From NCBI RefSeq assembly GCF_009914755.1, contig NC_060935.1: a stretch of DNA of 64,000 nt. One strand, written 5' to 3'. The notes under the pieces are model-generated. The model was not told the origin of the DNA. It was given only the letters and a program-made list of their open reading frames with translations, and searched no databases. This document shows positions 12,280 to 26,944 of the stretch, in pieces (the first letter of the stretch is position 1; the number at the start of each line of letters is the position of its first letter). The stretch comes from the human T2T-CHM13v2.0 reference genome, Homo sapiens. Made by a program: the position numbers and the translations under genes.

Positions 12280-13821
12280 TGCAAGCAGAGATATACCACT
12301 TCTGGGAAGGAACAGAAACAAAATCCACCTGCCTATGATGTACGGTGGAGGAATGGAAAACTCTCATATGCACAAGGCCCAGCAAGATCTACTGTTTCTG
12401 GGAGAGTGACAGAAGCAATAGCTATCTAACTCTGGAATAAAAGGAGGAAATTCTCTGGGGCTTCAAATGCTGCACCAATGCAAAACAGAGTTCTGCTCTC
12501 AGTAGAGGAGCATCAGGAAACCCTCTGCCACCTAAGACACACCACAAATTAAAGGCAATGTTTTACTGCCATATAAAGAGGGCATAAATTCAGAGAAAGA
12601 CCCCACCCACACCCAGAGGCTCAAGAATTACCTAAATCTGACACTGGATAAGGAGACTTGATAATGACCAATCAAATCCATGACAAGCCAAGCGGCAAGT
12701 AATAAACAATAGCAATTGATTGGTAATAGGGGCAAGGGCATGGAGAAAGAATCCCTTTATGATACACAAATGCAGCAACTGATGAAAGCTGAGGATGAAT
12801 TCAGGAACACCAGAAACAAGCCTCTGATACTCCAGGCCCCATACTAAACACACACTGGAGGATTTGAAAGCTCTGGTGTATTGAGACTAATGGTACCAAC
12901 AAAACAGCTCAATTCCTGGCTAGAATCATTCAACCTCTGACATTACAGCCTCACAGGAGAGGCATGCCCATTGTAAGTCATAAGTACAATTTACCTACAA
13001 GTCTACCTTTCATACATACACAATGTCCAATATTCAGTAAAAAATTGCAGAACCCACCAAAATGCAAGAAACAAATCTCATTGTCATGAGATAAACAGTC
13101 TACCTTACCAAAATCAGAAATCAGCAATGATTCATATGCTGGAAATACCAGACAGTGACTTCAAAATAATATGTTAAAAAATCTATGGGGGAATTTTGAA
13201 GAAAGAGGAAGCTTGTAGAAAGAGTCAAGTGGAATTTGCTAGAAATAATAAACGCAATACCAAGAGAAACAGATCCTCACTGTGTTCATCAGCAGACTGG
13301 ACACAGCCGAGGAAACAATCAGCACACCTAAGGATAGGTTGATAGTTTTCTAATCTGAAACAACAAAGAGAAAAATGATCTACAATAAAGGAACAAAAAA
13401 ACCTAAACAAACGAAAGGAGAATAAAGCATCACAGAACTGTGAGATACTATCAATGGTTTTATGCACATGCAATTGAAATGACAGAAGGAGAAGAGAGAG
13501 AAAATGGCACAGAAAAAATAAATATTTAAAATTTAGTGGCTGAGAATTTCCAAAATTAATGGAAGACAAGCCAAAGTTTCAAGAATCTCTGAGAGCCCCA
13601 AGCAGATTGCATGAATTTAAACAATAAGAATCCACTGAATAAACTATGGATAAAAAATAAATCACAAGGAAAAATACAAACATTTTAAACTGAATATTTA
13701 TGACTGAGCGAAAGCAGGGCTTAAAAGGAAAAATTATAGCAGTATACACTTACATTACCAAAGAAAAAAATATTTAAATCAGTAACGTATGCTTCTACTT
13801 TCAAAAAGTAGAAAAAAAAAA
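11700..13821 (+). mobile_element. Old L1 (L1M-class), 5' part of the host element
   Basis: Degenerate 5'UTR/ORF1 ('agcagactggacacagccgaggaaacaatcagc', 'gctgagaatttccaaaattaatg'). Jumps to ORF2-like sequence by about 13650 and is interrupted at 13822. Confidence 0.7.
12247..12275. repeat. (CA)n microsatellite
   Basis: About 14 CA units, followed by gtgtg. Confidence 0.95.
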
Positions 13822-16603
13822 GACTTCTGGTTCCAAAATGCTGGTGTAGAATCTAGCTGGCTTCACTGCCTCCCCACTCTTCAAAATACAGCACTAAGGT
13901 TATAGTCAGGAACATCCCAGAACTTAAGTCTGAGGAAAAGACAATTCCTGGGACCATAAAAAACTGAAAAAACTCAGAGCGAACAATAAGAGAATTGGGC
14001 TTGTATATCTGTGATACCACTACCTCCAATCTGCTTGGCACCAAACACAGAAAATCTCCCTTTGACTCCTGGTTTATACACTACAAAAAGTGAGGTCAGG
14101 GTGGACAATCAACTTCCCCACCATCTTGTGTTTCTTGGCAAGATACCTTTCAACACACCATAAGAAGTGTTGAAAGTGCCTGGAGAGAGATATATCCCTG
14201 AACATGGCCAGAGACAAAGTGGGGACATCCATCTGCAGCCCTGGAAACTCTGCTCTGTAACTCAGCCAAAGGAGACATCGAAGTGGATGTTCAACAGAAC
14301 CATGCTACAGGAAGTTTGTTCCACAGTTCCCCTGGGCACAAACTCCTAGCTAGTCTTCCCACACTACTGGGTTATCCCCTTTGGAACCCCCCTCTTTTGG
14401 AACTGGAGGCACTATGATTGTTTACTAGAACTGAGGCAAACCTTGGCTTAGGTTGCCATCTAATACCAAAAAGAAGACAGTGACCTAGCAGGGAAAAAGA
14501 AAAGAAAGAGAGAGAAAATCAACAGGTAAATTACGAAGAACCTCTAAGCAAATGTATCTAATAAAAAACAAAACAAGCCAGACATAGATTACTGGAATAA
14601 ATAATCCTTCAATGAAAAGACATAGACATACATCCACAAGAAACAACAGCAAGCAAGAAATTGTGATTTTCTCAAATGCACAAAGGAACCAATGACTGAC
14701 CCTAACAAGACAGTGATATGTGAGCTTTCTGACAAAAAATTCAAAATAGTAGTTAAAAAAAAAAACAACTCAGTGATCTCCAAGATAACACAGAAAAGGA
14801 ATTCAGTAGTTTATCAGAGAATTTATTGAAGAGATTGAATAATTTTTAAAAAAATCAAGCAGAAATTTTAGAACTGAGGAATATATTTGTTGAACTGGAA
14901 AATTCACTAGAGAGTCTTGACAGCAGAATGGACACAGCAGAGAGAAAAATCAGTGAGCTTGAATAGACTATTTGACAATACACAGTCAAAGGAGAAAAAA
15001 AAACATACTTAAAAGAAATGAAGATCGCCTACAATATATAGAAAATTCCCTAAAAAAAAAAAAAATCTAAGAATTACTGGTGTTTAAGAGAGAGTTGAGC
15101 AAGAGATATAAAGCTTATTTTAAAAAAGTAACAGAAATGTTTCCAAAGCTTAAATAATGAAAATCCATTGGTAAAAGGAAGTGCTAAAAGGAGATAAAAT
15201 TCTGAAGTTATAAAGCTCAATGTTAAAATAAGTGGACAAACCCAGAATACTGTAATACTGTACCTGTGATGTGAAATACACCCATAACTCTACTGTGAAA
15301 CCCAAAAGACTAATGTATCAGAAACAACAATAGCTACAGCAGCTTGTTAAGTATAGGCAATATAAAAATATGTAAATGAAGACAACATAAAGACTAAATA
15401 TGGGGAAATGGAGTTACAGAGTTTTAAAATTATTTCTTTGTTGATATTCTTTTCTTTCTGATCTAAAATAAGCTGTCATCTCTTTAAATAACTTGCTATA
15501 ACTGTAAGATCCTTTTTGTAAGCCTCATAGTAACCATAATGCAAATACCTATAATAGATTTATTAAAAATAAAAAGCAACAAATTAAAACATACTACCAG
15601 AGAAAATCACTTGACCACAAAGGATGACAGTAAGAAAGGAAGGAAGGGAGAGAAGAGTTAAAAACAATGAGAAAACAAACAACGAAATGGCAGTAACAAG
15701 TTTTACTTATCAATAATACCAGTGAATCTAAATTGATTCAATTCTCCAATTAAAAGGCACAGGATAGCTGAATGAATTTTTAAGAAGACTCAATTATAAG
15801 CTGCCTACAAGAAACTCATTTCACTTATAAAGACTCATATAGACTGAAAGTAAAGAGGTGGAAAAGGTATTCCATGCAACCAGAAAACAAATATAAGCAG
15901 GAATAGCTAGACTTATATCAAATAAAATAGACTGCAAATCATAAACTATAAGAAGAGACAAAGAATGACACTATATAATGATAAAGGAGTCAATTCAGAA
16001 AAAGGATATACCAATTGTAAATATCTATGTACTAAACCCTGGAGCACCCAAATATACAAATTAATTATTATTAAAGAGAAAGTTAGACACCAATACAATA
16101 ATAACTGGAGACTTCAACACCATTCTCAGCAATGGACAGCTCATTCAGACAGGACATCAACGAAGAAACATTGGAGTTAAACTACACACCAGACCAAATA
16201 GACCTAACTGACATTTATAGAACATTTCACTCCACTCCTGCAAAATACACATTCTTTTCATAAGCACATGGAACATTCTACAAAATACAATATCTTAGGC
16301 CACAACACAAGTCTCAACAAATTTTAAAAGGTAGAAATCATATCAAGTATCTTTTCTGACAACAATGGAATAAAATCAGAAATCAATAAAAAAGAGGAGC
16401 CTCAGAAGATATACAAAAACATGGAAATTAAACAACATGCTCCTGAATGATCAATGAAGAAATTAAGAAGAAAATGTAAGAGTTTCTGAAACAAATGAAA
16501 ATGGAAATACAACGTACCAAGGTCTTTGGGATATAGCAAACGTAGTACTAAGAGGGACATTTATAGCAATAAACACCTATATCAAAAAGATAGAAAAACT
16601 TCC

Positions 16604-16911
16604 AGCCAGGCACAGTGGCTCAAGCCTGTTATCATAACACTTTGGAAAGTCAAGCTGGGCAGATCACTTGAGCTGAGGGGTTCAAGGCTAGCCTGGGCAA
16701 CATGGTTAAACCCCAGCTCTACAAAGAATACAAAAATTAGCCAGGCATGGTGGTGCATGCCTGTAATACCAGCTACTCGGGAGGCTGAGGTTGGAGGATG
16801 GCTTGAGCGCAGGAGTCGGAGGTTGCAGTGAGCCAAGATTTCACTGTTGTACTCCAGCCTGAGTGATAGAGCAAGATTTTGTCTCAAAAAAAAGAAAACA
16901 AAAAAAAAAAA
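16604..16911 (+). mobile_element. AluJ (Jb-like)
   Basis: Dimeric Alu with AluJ-type 'gggcaacatgg' and 'ggaggatggcttgagc'. TSD AGAAAAACTTC on both sides. Confidence 0.92.
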
Positions 16912-17675
16912 GCAGAAAAACTTCAAACAACCTAATGATGTACCTCAAGGAACTAGAAGGGAATAAACCAAACTCAAAAACAGTAGAAGGAATGAAATAG
17001 TAAATATCAGAGAAAAAATATTAAAATTGAAAATAATAAAATAAAATAAAAAGATCAAAAAAACTGAAAAGTTTTGTTCCAGACTGACTAAAAAAGAGAG
17101 AAAAGATACAAATAAATAAAATCAGAAATGAGAAAAGAGATAGAAGAATCTGACCACAAAAATAGAAAGCATCATTAAAGACTACTACAAACAACTATAT
17201 ACCAATAAATTAGAAAACCTATAAGAAATGAATAAATTCCTGGATTCATACAACAAACAGGCATAGAAAAAAACATACCTCAAATAATAAAGACCATACA
17301 TAACAAACCTACAGCTAATATTGTACCGAATGGAAAAAATTTAATGGCATTTCCTCTAAGACCTGAAACAAGACAAAGATACCTACTTTCACCATTGTTA
17401 TTCAGTGTAATACTAGGAGTCCTGGCCAGAGCAACTAGTCAAGAGAAATAAATAAAGGGCATCCAAATTGGAAAAGAAGTCAAATTAGCTATGTTCACAG
17501 ATGACATGATCTTAAACTTAGAAAAACTTAAAGACTCCATCAGAAAACCGATAGAACTGATAAATGAATTCTGTAACATTGCAGGATATAAAATCAACAT
17601 ACATGCATGCCAACAGCAAACAATATTTTTAAAAGCAAGAAATAAATTCTATTTATAATAGCTATAAAGAATATA

Positions 17676-18051
<376 letters not shown>

Positions 18052-21000
18052 AAAGAATATAAAATATCTAGGAATCAATTTAACCTAAGAAACAAAAGAT
18101 CTATACAAAGAAAACTATAAAACACAATGAGAGAAATTGAAGAGGACACAAAAATGGAAAGTTATTACATATTCATGGATTAGAAGAACAAATATTTAAT
18201 AATTAAAATGACAATATGACCAAATGCACTTTAAAGATTCAATCCTGGTCCTTTCAAATTACCAATGACATTCTTCACAGGAACAAACATACTAAAAATC
18301 CTAAAATTTATATGGAATTACTAAAGAGCCCAAATAGCCAAAGCAATCCTGATTAAAAAAAACAACAAAGCTGGAGGAATCACACTACCTGATTTCAGAA
18401 TATACTACAAAGCTAAAATAACCAAATCAGCATGGTACTGCCATAAATGCAGACACCTAGATAAATAGAACAGAATGCAGAACCCAGATATAAGTCAATG
18501 CATTTACACCTAACTCATTTCAACAAGGGAGCCAAGAACATGCAATAGGGAAAAGACAGAATCTTCAATGAACAGTGCTAGGAAAACTGGATATGCAGAA
18601 GAATGAAACTAGACTTGTATTGTTCCCTATATACAAAAGTCAAATAAAAATAGATTAAAGACCAAAAATTATGAAACTACCAGAAGAAAATATTGGGAAA
18701 ATACTTCAGGACATAGATATTGGCAAATATATTTTGTGTAAGGTCTCAAAAGCATAGGCAACCAAGGCAAAAATAGAAAAATGGGATTACATCAAACTGA
18801 AAAAGCTTTTGCATAGCTTTGTATCCATTGTTGACAGGAAACTATCAACAAAGAGAGGTGATAACCCACTGAATGGGGGAAGATATTTGCAACTATCCAT
18901 CTGCCAAGGAGTTAATAACCAGAATATAGAGAATATTGAGTTGTTGAGCTCAAACAACTCAATAGCAAATTCATCATCATCATCATCATCCAATTTTTAA
19001 AATTGGCAAAAGATATGAATATACATTACTCAAAAGAAGACCTGCAAATAGTCAACAGGTATATTAAAAAATCCTCAACATCACTAATCAGAAAAATGTA
19101 AAACAAAACCACAATGAGACAATTCACTCCAGTTAAAATGGCTTTTATCAAAAAGATGAGATAAAGATGCTTGCAAGGATGTAGAGAAAAAGGAACCCTC
19201 ATACATCGTTGGTGGGGATGTAAATTAGTACAGCAACTAACGGAAAACTGTGTGGAGGTTCCTCAGAAAACTAAAAATAAAATTACCATATGATCCATCA
19301 GTTCCACTACTGGTTATATATCCAAAAGAAAGAAATTCAATCTATTGAAGATATAGCTGTACTCCCATATTTATCACAATATCTTATTTTACAATATGAA
19401 TCACCATTCAGAATAGCCAAAATATGAAATCAACCTAATTGCCCATCAAGGGATAAAAGGATAAAGAAAATATCATGTATATGTATATATGTGTGTATAT
19501 ATGTGTGTGTGTGTGTGTGTACAGTGGAATATTATTAGGCCATAAAACAGAAGAAAATCTTATCATTTGCAGCAACCTGGGTGGAACTGGAGGTCATTAT
19601 GTTAAGTGAAATAAAGCCAAGTACAGAAAGACAGATGCTGTATGTTCTCACTCATATTTGGGAGCTTAAAAAGTGGATCCCATTAAGATAGAGAGTAGAC
19701 TGGTGATCATCAGAGGTGGGGAAAAGTAGGGGGAAGACAGTTATGAAGAGAGATTGCAATCAGTACAAATATACAAATTTGATAGAAGAAATAAGACTTC
19801 GTGTTTGATATAGCAGTAGGGCAACTATAATTTACAAGGATCTATTGTATATTTTAAAATAGCCAGAAGGAAATAAATAAAATACTTCTAGCATAAAGAA
19901 AAGATAAATATTTAAGGTAATGAATTTCATAGTTACATTGATTTTATCTTTCCATTTTATATGAACATGTTAAATTATCACATGTACCCTGAAAATATGT
20001 ACATCTATTATGTATCAATTAAAAAACTTAGAAAGTAGGAAAAAAATAGAGCAAACGAAACCTAAAGTGGGCCAATGGGAAGAATTAATCAAGATAAAAA
20101 TTCAATGAAATAGTCAACTAAAAAACAATAGAGAAAACAAATGAGACCAAAACTTCTTTGAAAATATCAATAAAATAGATAAATCTCTGGTTAAACTGGA
20201 AGAGAGAAGAAACAAAACAGTAATATCTGAACCAAAGGAGGAAACAGCATTATAAGTCCAACAGACATTATCAGAATAATAAGCAATTATTATTCAAAAA
20301 TGTCAAAAAGATGATAGCTAGATGAAATGGACAGATTGCTTGAATCACACAAAGTATCATAGCTCGTGTAAGGAAAATGATATTCTCAATAGTTCTATAT
20401 TATTTAAGAACTCCAATTTTAAGTAAAAATCTACCCATAAGGAACTCTTCTAGCCCAAACAAACTTACTAGCAAATTACACCAAAATTTTAGTACCAATT
20501 GTACACAAACTCTTCTAAGAATTTGAAGAAGATGGAATACTGGTCACCTGATATTATGAAACCATCATTTCCCTGATATCAAAACTATTACAAGAAAAGA
20601 AAACTATCTACTGACATTGCTCATGGAAATAGATGCAATAATATTAAGAAAATATGTACAAACCAAACCTAGTAATATAAAAAATGTAATACATCATTAG
20701 CAAATGGAGTTTATCCCAGGAATGCAAAGCTAGTTCAACATGTGCAAATCAATCTAAGTAATTCACCACATAAACATCATAAAAAAGAAAAAAAATATAG
20801 TAATCTCGGTAGATGCACAAAAATCATTTGAAAGAATTGAATTCTCATTTAAGATAAAAACTCTTAATACACTAGGAATAATGGGTTATTCCTAAATCTG
20901 ATGGCAGGCATCTAACAAAAACCTTTACCTAATATTATATTTAATGGAAACAAAGCAAATACTTTTTCCCTAAGACTGAGAACAAGATAGGAATATATAC

Positions 21001-21832
21001 TATCATTATTTCTAATTAACATTTTACATGAGATACTAGACAGTTCAATAAATAAAAAAACAAAAATAAAGATATATAGATAGGAAATGGAGAAATAAAA
21101 CTGTCTGTATCAGCTGATGGCATTTCCATACATAGAAAAAATCCCAAGGAATCTATCAAAAGCTTCTACAAGTAAAGAGTGAGCTTCTCAGTGTTTCAGG
21201 ATACAAGGTCAATATATAAAAACAAAACAAAACAAAAAAATTATTCATTCGCTAGCTACACACAATTAGAAATTTAACTTTTAAAATATTACAACGATGT
21301 AAAAAGTAAAGATAAATCCAATAATAAATATGCAACATTCATAAGGCTCTAAACTACTACATGAAGAAAAATATTGATGAAAAAAGTGTTTAAAAGATCC
21401 AAATAAAAGGTGATATATATACTGTATGTATTAATTGGACTACTCAACATTGTTAGGGTATGAGTTCTTCTCCAACTGATCTATGGATCTGATGCAAGCC
21501 GAATCAAAATTGTAGCACATTCTTTGAGAAAGTGACAAACAGATTCTAACATTTAAATAGAAAAAAGAAGGATCCAGAATACTCCAAACAATTAAAAAAA
21601 AAGTTGGAAAACCCACGTAAACTGATTTTAAGACTCAATTTGAAGTTGCAATAAACATCACAGTAGTATGTTTGTGTACAGATAGATTTTTACATCAAGT
21701 GAACACAAGACGAAGTCCAAAAACTTAGCACCTCGCCCCTGATACCCAAGTGTGGTTAATTAATAAAATAACTTAATGGAGAATCATTTTTCCATCAAGG
21801 CAGCATTTGGTGGTTTGATGAGCAATTTAGCA

Positions 21833-21900
21833 TGGAAGGAAGGAAGGAAGGAAGGAGGGAGGGAGGGAGGGAGGGAGGAAGAGAAAGAAAAGAAAGAAGA
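21833..21900. repeat. (GGAA)n/(GGGA)n polypurine tract
   Basis: Read directly. Confidence 0.9.
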
Positions 21901-22354
21901 AAATAAAATAATAATGAAAGAAAGATAACAAAGCCATCTTAAACCCTACCTGCCAACATACTTACAACTCAATAGGAAACAAACAAACAAATAAAAGTTG
22001 GACAAAATATTTTAAGACACTATATAAAAAATACTCATTTAAAGATTCTCATAATTAATCATTAGAAAAACAGAAAATAACACCACTACACATTAACTAC
22101 AATGGCTAAAACAAAATAAAAGACACAAAATTTACAATATCAAATGATGACAAATGTGCAAAACAATTGAAACAGTCATATATTGTTGGTTGAAATGAAA
22201 AGTAGTATAATCACTATGGAAAAAGTTTGGAAGTTTCTTAGAAATTGAAACATAGCTTTGTTATACTACCCAGCAATCCCACTCTAAGTATTTACACAAG
22301 AGAAATAAAAATGTATGTCCACACAAAGACCTGTATATTAATGTTTATAGAAGC

Positions 22355-22822
22355 TGTGTTAGTTTTCTACAGCTGACATAACACATACTCCAAACCTGAC
22401 AACTTAAAACAACAGAAATTTTTTGTCTCATAGTTATAGATGCCAGAAGTTATGGATGTTAAGGTGCTGACAGGGTTGGCTCCTCCTGGAAGCTCTAAGG
22501 AAGAATCCATTCTATTCCTATCTGCTAGCTTCTGGTGGCTATTGGTAATCCTTAGTTAGCATTCCTTGGCTTGTGACACATTATTGAATCTCTGCATCCA
22601 TCTTTACATAGCCTTCTCCCCTCTGTGTCGCTGTGTGTTTGCTCCTTCTGTATTTCATAGAAGGACATCCATCATTGACTCACAACCCGCCCTAATTCAA
22701 GATGGTCTTGTTTCAAGAGTCTTACCTTAATTATATCTGCAAAGACCCTTTTTCCAATTAAGGTCACATTCTGAAGTTCCAGGTGGACATACCTTTTGGA
22801 ACGCCACATTCAACCCTCTGTA
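22355..22822 (-). mobile_element. MLT1C-like MaLR solo LTR inserted in the L1
   Basis: 'cttaaaacaacagaaatt', 'tctgcaaagaccctttttccaattaaggtcacattctgaagttccaggtggaca'. TSD GAAGC/GCAGC. Confidence 0.88.
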
Positions 22823-24317
22823 GCAGCTTTGTTCATAAAAACCAAAATCTGGAAAAGCCCAATATCCTTCAACTGGTGAAGGGATAAAAAAAGTTGCAGT
22901 ATACCTTACTACTTGGCAATAGAGCAGAATGAACTACTAATACATGTAACAAAAAGGATATATCAGAAAGGCCTTATGCTAAGTGAAAAATTCCAAACAC
23001 AGAAACCTAGATATGCTATGATTTCATTTACGTTGCATCCGAAAAAGGCTCAAAATTAATTTCTAAGACAAAAATCAGATCGGTAGTTGCCAGGGATTGG
23101 GATGAGAGATGGAAATTGACACAAGAGCAAGCTTTCTGGGGTGATGAAAATGATCAATAATAGAATTGTTTTGGTAGTTACATATCTATATATTTGCCAA
23201 TGTTCATAATAGTTTAGACCAATCAATGCTCAAGCTAAGGAGAGTCTACTAAATTAAATAAGCAATGAGAAGATACTGAAATTTTGAGCAAAAATGTTAA
23301 TCATCTTAATATATTAGAAAGAAAAAAAAATATTTGTAGGATGATTCAGGACATGCAAAGCCAAAAAGGAAGGAGATCAATTTTAGGAGTCTGAGCAGAA
23401 AATGTCAGCCTGGATGCCTCCTGTGGCAGAGGCATTGGGAAGTAAACACTGTCAGGAGACAAAACCACCCAGATATCTAATAGGAACCTCAAATTTAACA
23501 TAGCTAAAACAAACGCCTAATCTTCTCTCTCAAATATGCATCTCCCGCAATCTATCCCATCTCAAGAAAGAGCAACACGACTATTCCAGTTGCTCTGATC
23601 CAAAACATAGGAGTCATCTTTGACCTTTATCTCTCAATCCCACATCTCCATTCATCAGAAAATCCTGCAAGCTCCATCTTTAACATTTATTCAGTCTCAC
23701 TTCTCAATAACTTCATTGAAGGCATCCAGATCTAAGATTCCAGCATCACTCTCCTAATTTTTGCAATTGCTCTCTAACTGATCTTCTGCTTCTTTCCTTA
23801 TCCTCTCCAGTTTTCCCTCCATTTATAAACACAGTCATCCTTTTAAGACATAAATCAGATTATTTAACTTTTCTATGCAAAAGCCTCCAATGGCTTTCTT
23901 TCTCATAAAATCTAGGGTCCTACAATAGCCTAAAGGACCCTAGATAATTTGGTCTTCTAGTTCTCCTGACATCTCTTTCTACTCTTCCTCTAGTTTAATC
24001 TCCTTTAGTAATATTGGTCACTTCACTGTTCCTTAAGCACGAATAGATACGCTCCTACTTCAAAGCTTTTGTAATTACTATTCTCTGGGTTGGTCTAGCT
24101 ATTCTTCTAGATAGATGCAAGGCTCGCTCCCTCACTTCCTTCAGTGTTTATTAAAATATTATCGTTACAATAAAGCCTTTCTTGAATACCCTATTTAAAA
24201 TTGCACCCCTCATCCTAAGCTCTCTTTATACTTTTTCCCAACTTACTTTTCTTAATATTTCCCCGAATCTGAGATAACATATATTACATACATAATAATA
24301 TGTGCATTATATATTTT

Positions 24318-24494
24318 TGAATTTCCTTGATTCAAAGACACAGAAATTTATATTTATAGAACATTTTAACATCTCTGAAATGAAAATGACTCACAATGGA
24401 TGGAGTCTTATTTTAACTGGTAGCATGCTTTATGGTGATACTTGAAATAATTATGTATTTAAAAATCACTGGCATTTTAGATTTAATTAAATAT
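24318..24494 (+). mobile_element. MER104-like (TcMar-Tc2) MITE
   Basis: 'atttccttgattcaaagacac...acattttaacatctctgaaat...tggcattttagatttaattaaatat' with degenerate TIRs. Confidence 0.6.
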
Positions 24495-24560
24495 TCAATT
24501 AAATGTGGCAAAACATTTATTGTTTATTTCTCCCGATGATAATATAAATTCTAAGCTTGG

Positions 24561-24945
24561 TGCCATGGTTTGAATGTGTCCCTTTCAAAATTCATGTTGA
24601 AACTTAATCTTCATTTTGGTAGCATTAAGAGATGGTTCTTTTGAGAAGTGATTAAGTCATGAGGGCTCTGCCGTCATGAATGGACTAATGCCTTCTAAAA
24701 GGGCCAGAGGGAACTAGCTCAAGCTTTTTTGCTCTTCTGCCTTCTGCCATACAAGGAAAAGGTCACAGAATGAGCAAAGAGGCACTATCTTGGAAGCAGA
24801 GAACAGGGCCCTCGCCAAACACTGAACACACCGATGCTTAGATTTTGAACTTCCCTGCCTCCAAAACTGTGAGAAATGAACTTCTATTATTTATGAATTA
24901 CCCAGTTTTGATATTCTGTTATGGCATCACAAATGAACTAAGACA
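24561..24945 (+). mobile_element. MSTD-like MaLR solo LTR
   Basis: TGCCATGGTTTGAATGTGTCCC...GAACTAAGACA termini and 'atcttggaagcagagaacagggccctc'. Confidence 0.85.
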
Positions 24946-25964
24946 GAAGGATCTTTTTCTCTCTCATTTACTGCTATATCCCCATATCCTAGAATTGTGC
25001 CTGGATAATAGTAAGTATTCAATAAATGTTCACCCAATAGATATTGAATAAGAATATTAAATGAATAAATAAATGAATAGTGACTATCGAAGAGGAAGGT
25101 GCAGAGGAAGTATACGGCAATGAATTGGATGGGGGGAGTAATAATGTGTGTGACAATAAGGCTTAATGCAAGTCCTGAAGCCTAGACATTGGAATATAGG
25201 GTCAAACAGTTACCAGTAATAGGGAAATTGGGAGACAAAGCTACCCTGTGGTTGAACGAGGAGAAAAGAATTTTGTGTGGATAGTGTTGCATTGGAAATC
25301 TGGGGCTAGAATTAAAAAAAAAGTAAAGTTATGAGGATTGATGTCATCTGCTTTGAAAGGGATGAAATATAAAAGTGAATGGAGCTCCAAGAGGTGTGTA
25401 ACAAAATAAAAAAAGGAGGGAGATAAAATCATCCTGAACAGCCACTGCTACTACAAGAAAAGAAGGAAAATGACCTGGTGAAGGATTCAGAGATCGATCA
25501 GAAAATAAGGAGTAGGATGAAGTGAGATAAGGTAAAATTTCACTTTGTCGAAAAGATCTCTGCATTACTAATTCTGTTTTGATTAATAAGTGACTGTTTA
25601 CCCTTCAAAGCCAGACTTCATAATTATGCCCTTTTTGGATCCTTCTCTGACTCTTTTTCTTCTCTCCTCATATAACAGCTCTCTCTCTTGTGTTGCTTCT
25701 TTCCTTCTTTGATAGTAGCATTATCATAATACATAATAGTCAGTTATTTTGGGTTTGTCTTTCCAGTTCTTTGGAAGTTTCTTGGGGGTGAGACCACATC
25801 TTGGTCATCTTTGTAATACCATTACCTAATACACTGCCTGGAACATAATAGCACTGAATGTTTGCTGAATAAAGTATTAGATGAATAAGCAACTCTTCAC
25901 AGTAGGCAGATTGCATATTTTGATCCCATTTTATAAAGGCAGAATTAAGGTGTGAAGAAATTAA

Positions 25965-26386
25965 TTATTCTGGGCCTGATAGAAATAGATGATGCCCAAA
26001 ATGGGTAATTCGATAAGAGTTTAGTAACAGGACTGCTTAAAAGGAATGGACAGGTGTAGAGAAACCACAAAGGTTAGAGCACACCCCTAGGGATTAATGG
26101 TTACTAGAACCTGGAGAAACAAACTTAGATAAAAAGAAGACTGTCTTTACAGGAGCAATGATGCTCTGGTAAGGGAATTAGTCAGCACTTGGTGATCCTG
26201 CAGGGTGAGAACCAACCTCATTCACTTCTTTCACTATATATCTCTTGTGGGTTAACCCTTCTGGTCAAATCCAACTGACAGCCATAAGGCAAGGAAGCTC
26301 AAGAAGTTCATAGAAGTAGGTTTCCCAAGGCAAAATTGGGTAAAAAGCAGAGGTGTCACTGAAGGGAAAAAGGGAAAATGCTCACA
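25965..26386 (-). mobile_element. LTR33-like ERVL LTR inserted within a MIR
   Basis: 'aaaatgggtaattcgataagagtttagtaacaggactg', 'caaatccaactgacagccataaggcaaggaagc'. MIR halves flank it (about 25890-25960 and 26390-26500). Confidence 0.6.
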
Positions 26387-26647
26387 AGGGAAGCCAAGTA
26401 ACTTTTACAAAGTAACTTTAGCTCATAACTGATAAAATCAGAAATCAAATTCAGATCTTTTGGCTCCAAACCTAATTATATTTTCATTATAGTATGTAAC
26501 TACCTTGTCTAAATGGTATATAGAGACTAAATATTATGATATGGCCTGAGAAAATTTCACTAACTATGAGTTATATTTTTAAGAAAATAGTTACATCAAT
26601 TCAAATGATTTTATGAAATAAATGGGGATTACTTGTTTAAAAAAAGA

Positions 26648-26860
26648 AGCCCACAGGCTAAATTCCCTGATCACTTGTCTTTGTAAACCAAGTTTTATTG
26701 GAACACAGACACACATTTGTTGATGTGTTGTCCATGGTTGCCTTTGCACTATAACTGCAAAGTTGAGTTAATTAAGACAGACATCATAAGGCGTACAAAG
26801 CCTGAAGTATTTTCTATATAACTCTTTACAAACAAACAAACAAAAAATTACTGCCCCATG
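26648..26860 (+). mobile_element. MER58A (hAT-Charlie)
   Basis: 'tttgtaaaccaagttttattggaacacagacacac...caaagcctgaagtattttctat...ctctttaca'. Confidence 0.8.
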
Positions 26861-26944
26861 CTTTACAGAAGGAGAAGAGTTGAGGCTGTTCTTACACCTG
26901 AAATTAGGATTCTTGGTAAATTCAGGGACAAAATCTACAGAAGA

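Larger units (their letters stand above)
20027..23215 (+). mobile_element. Old L1 (L1MC/MD/ME-class), 3' part of the host element
   Basis: ORF2 remnant resumes ('gagcaaacgaaacctaaag', 'ggagtttatcccaggaatgcaaagctagttcaacat'). 3'UTR 'aaatcagatcggtagttgccagggattggg...ctttctggggtgatgaaaatg'. Confidence 0.8.
23465..25080 (+). mobile_element. L2a-like LINE 3' portion, interrupted by MER104 and MSTD
   Basis: 'gatatctaataggaacctcaaatttaacatag', 'caaggctcgctccctcacttccttcag', and 3' end 'tgtgcctggataatagtaagtattcaataaatg'. Confidence 0.8.
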
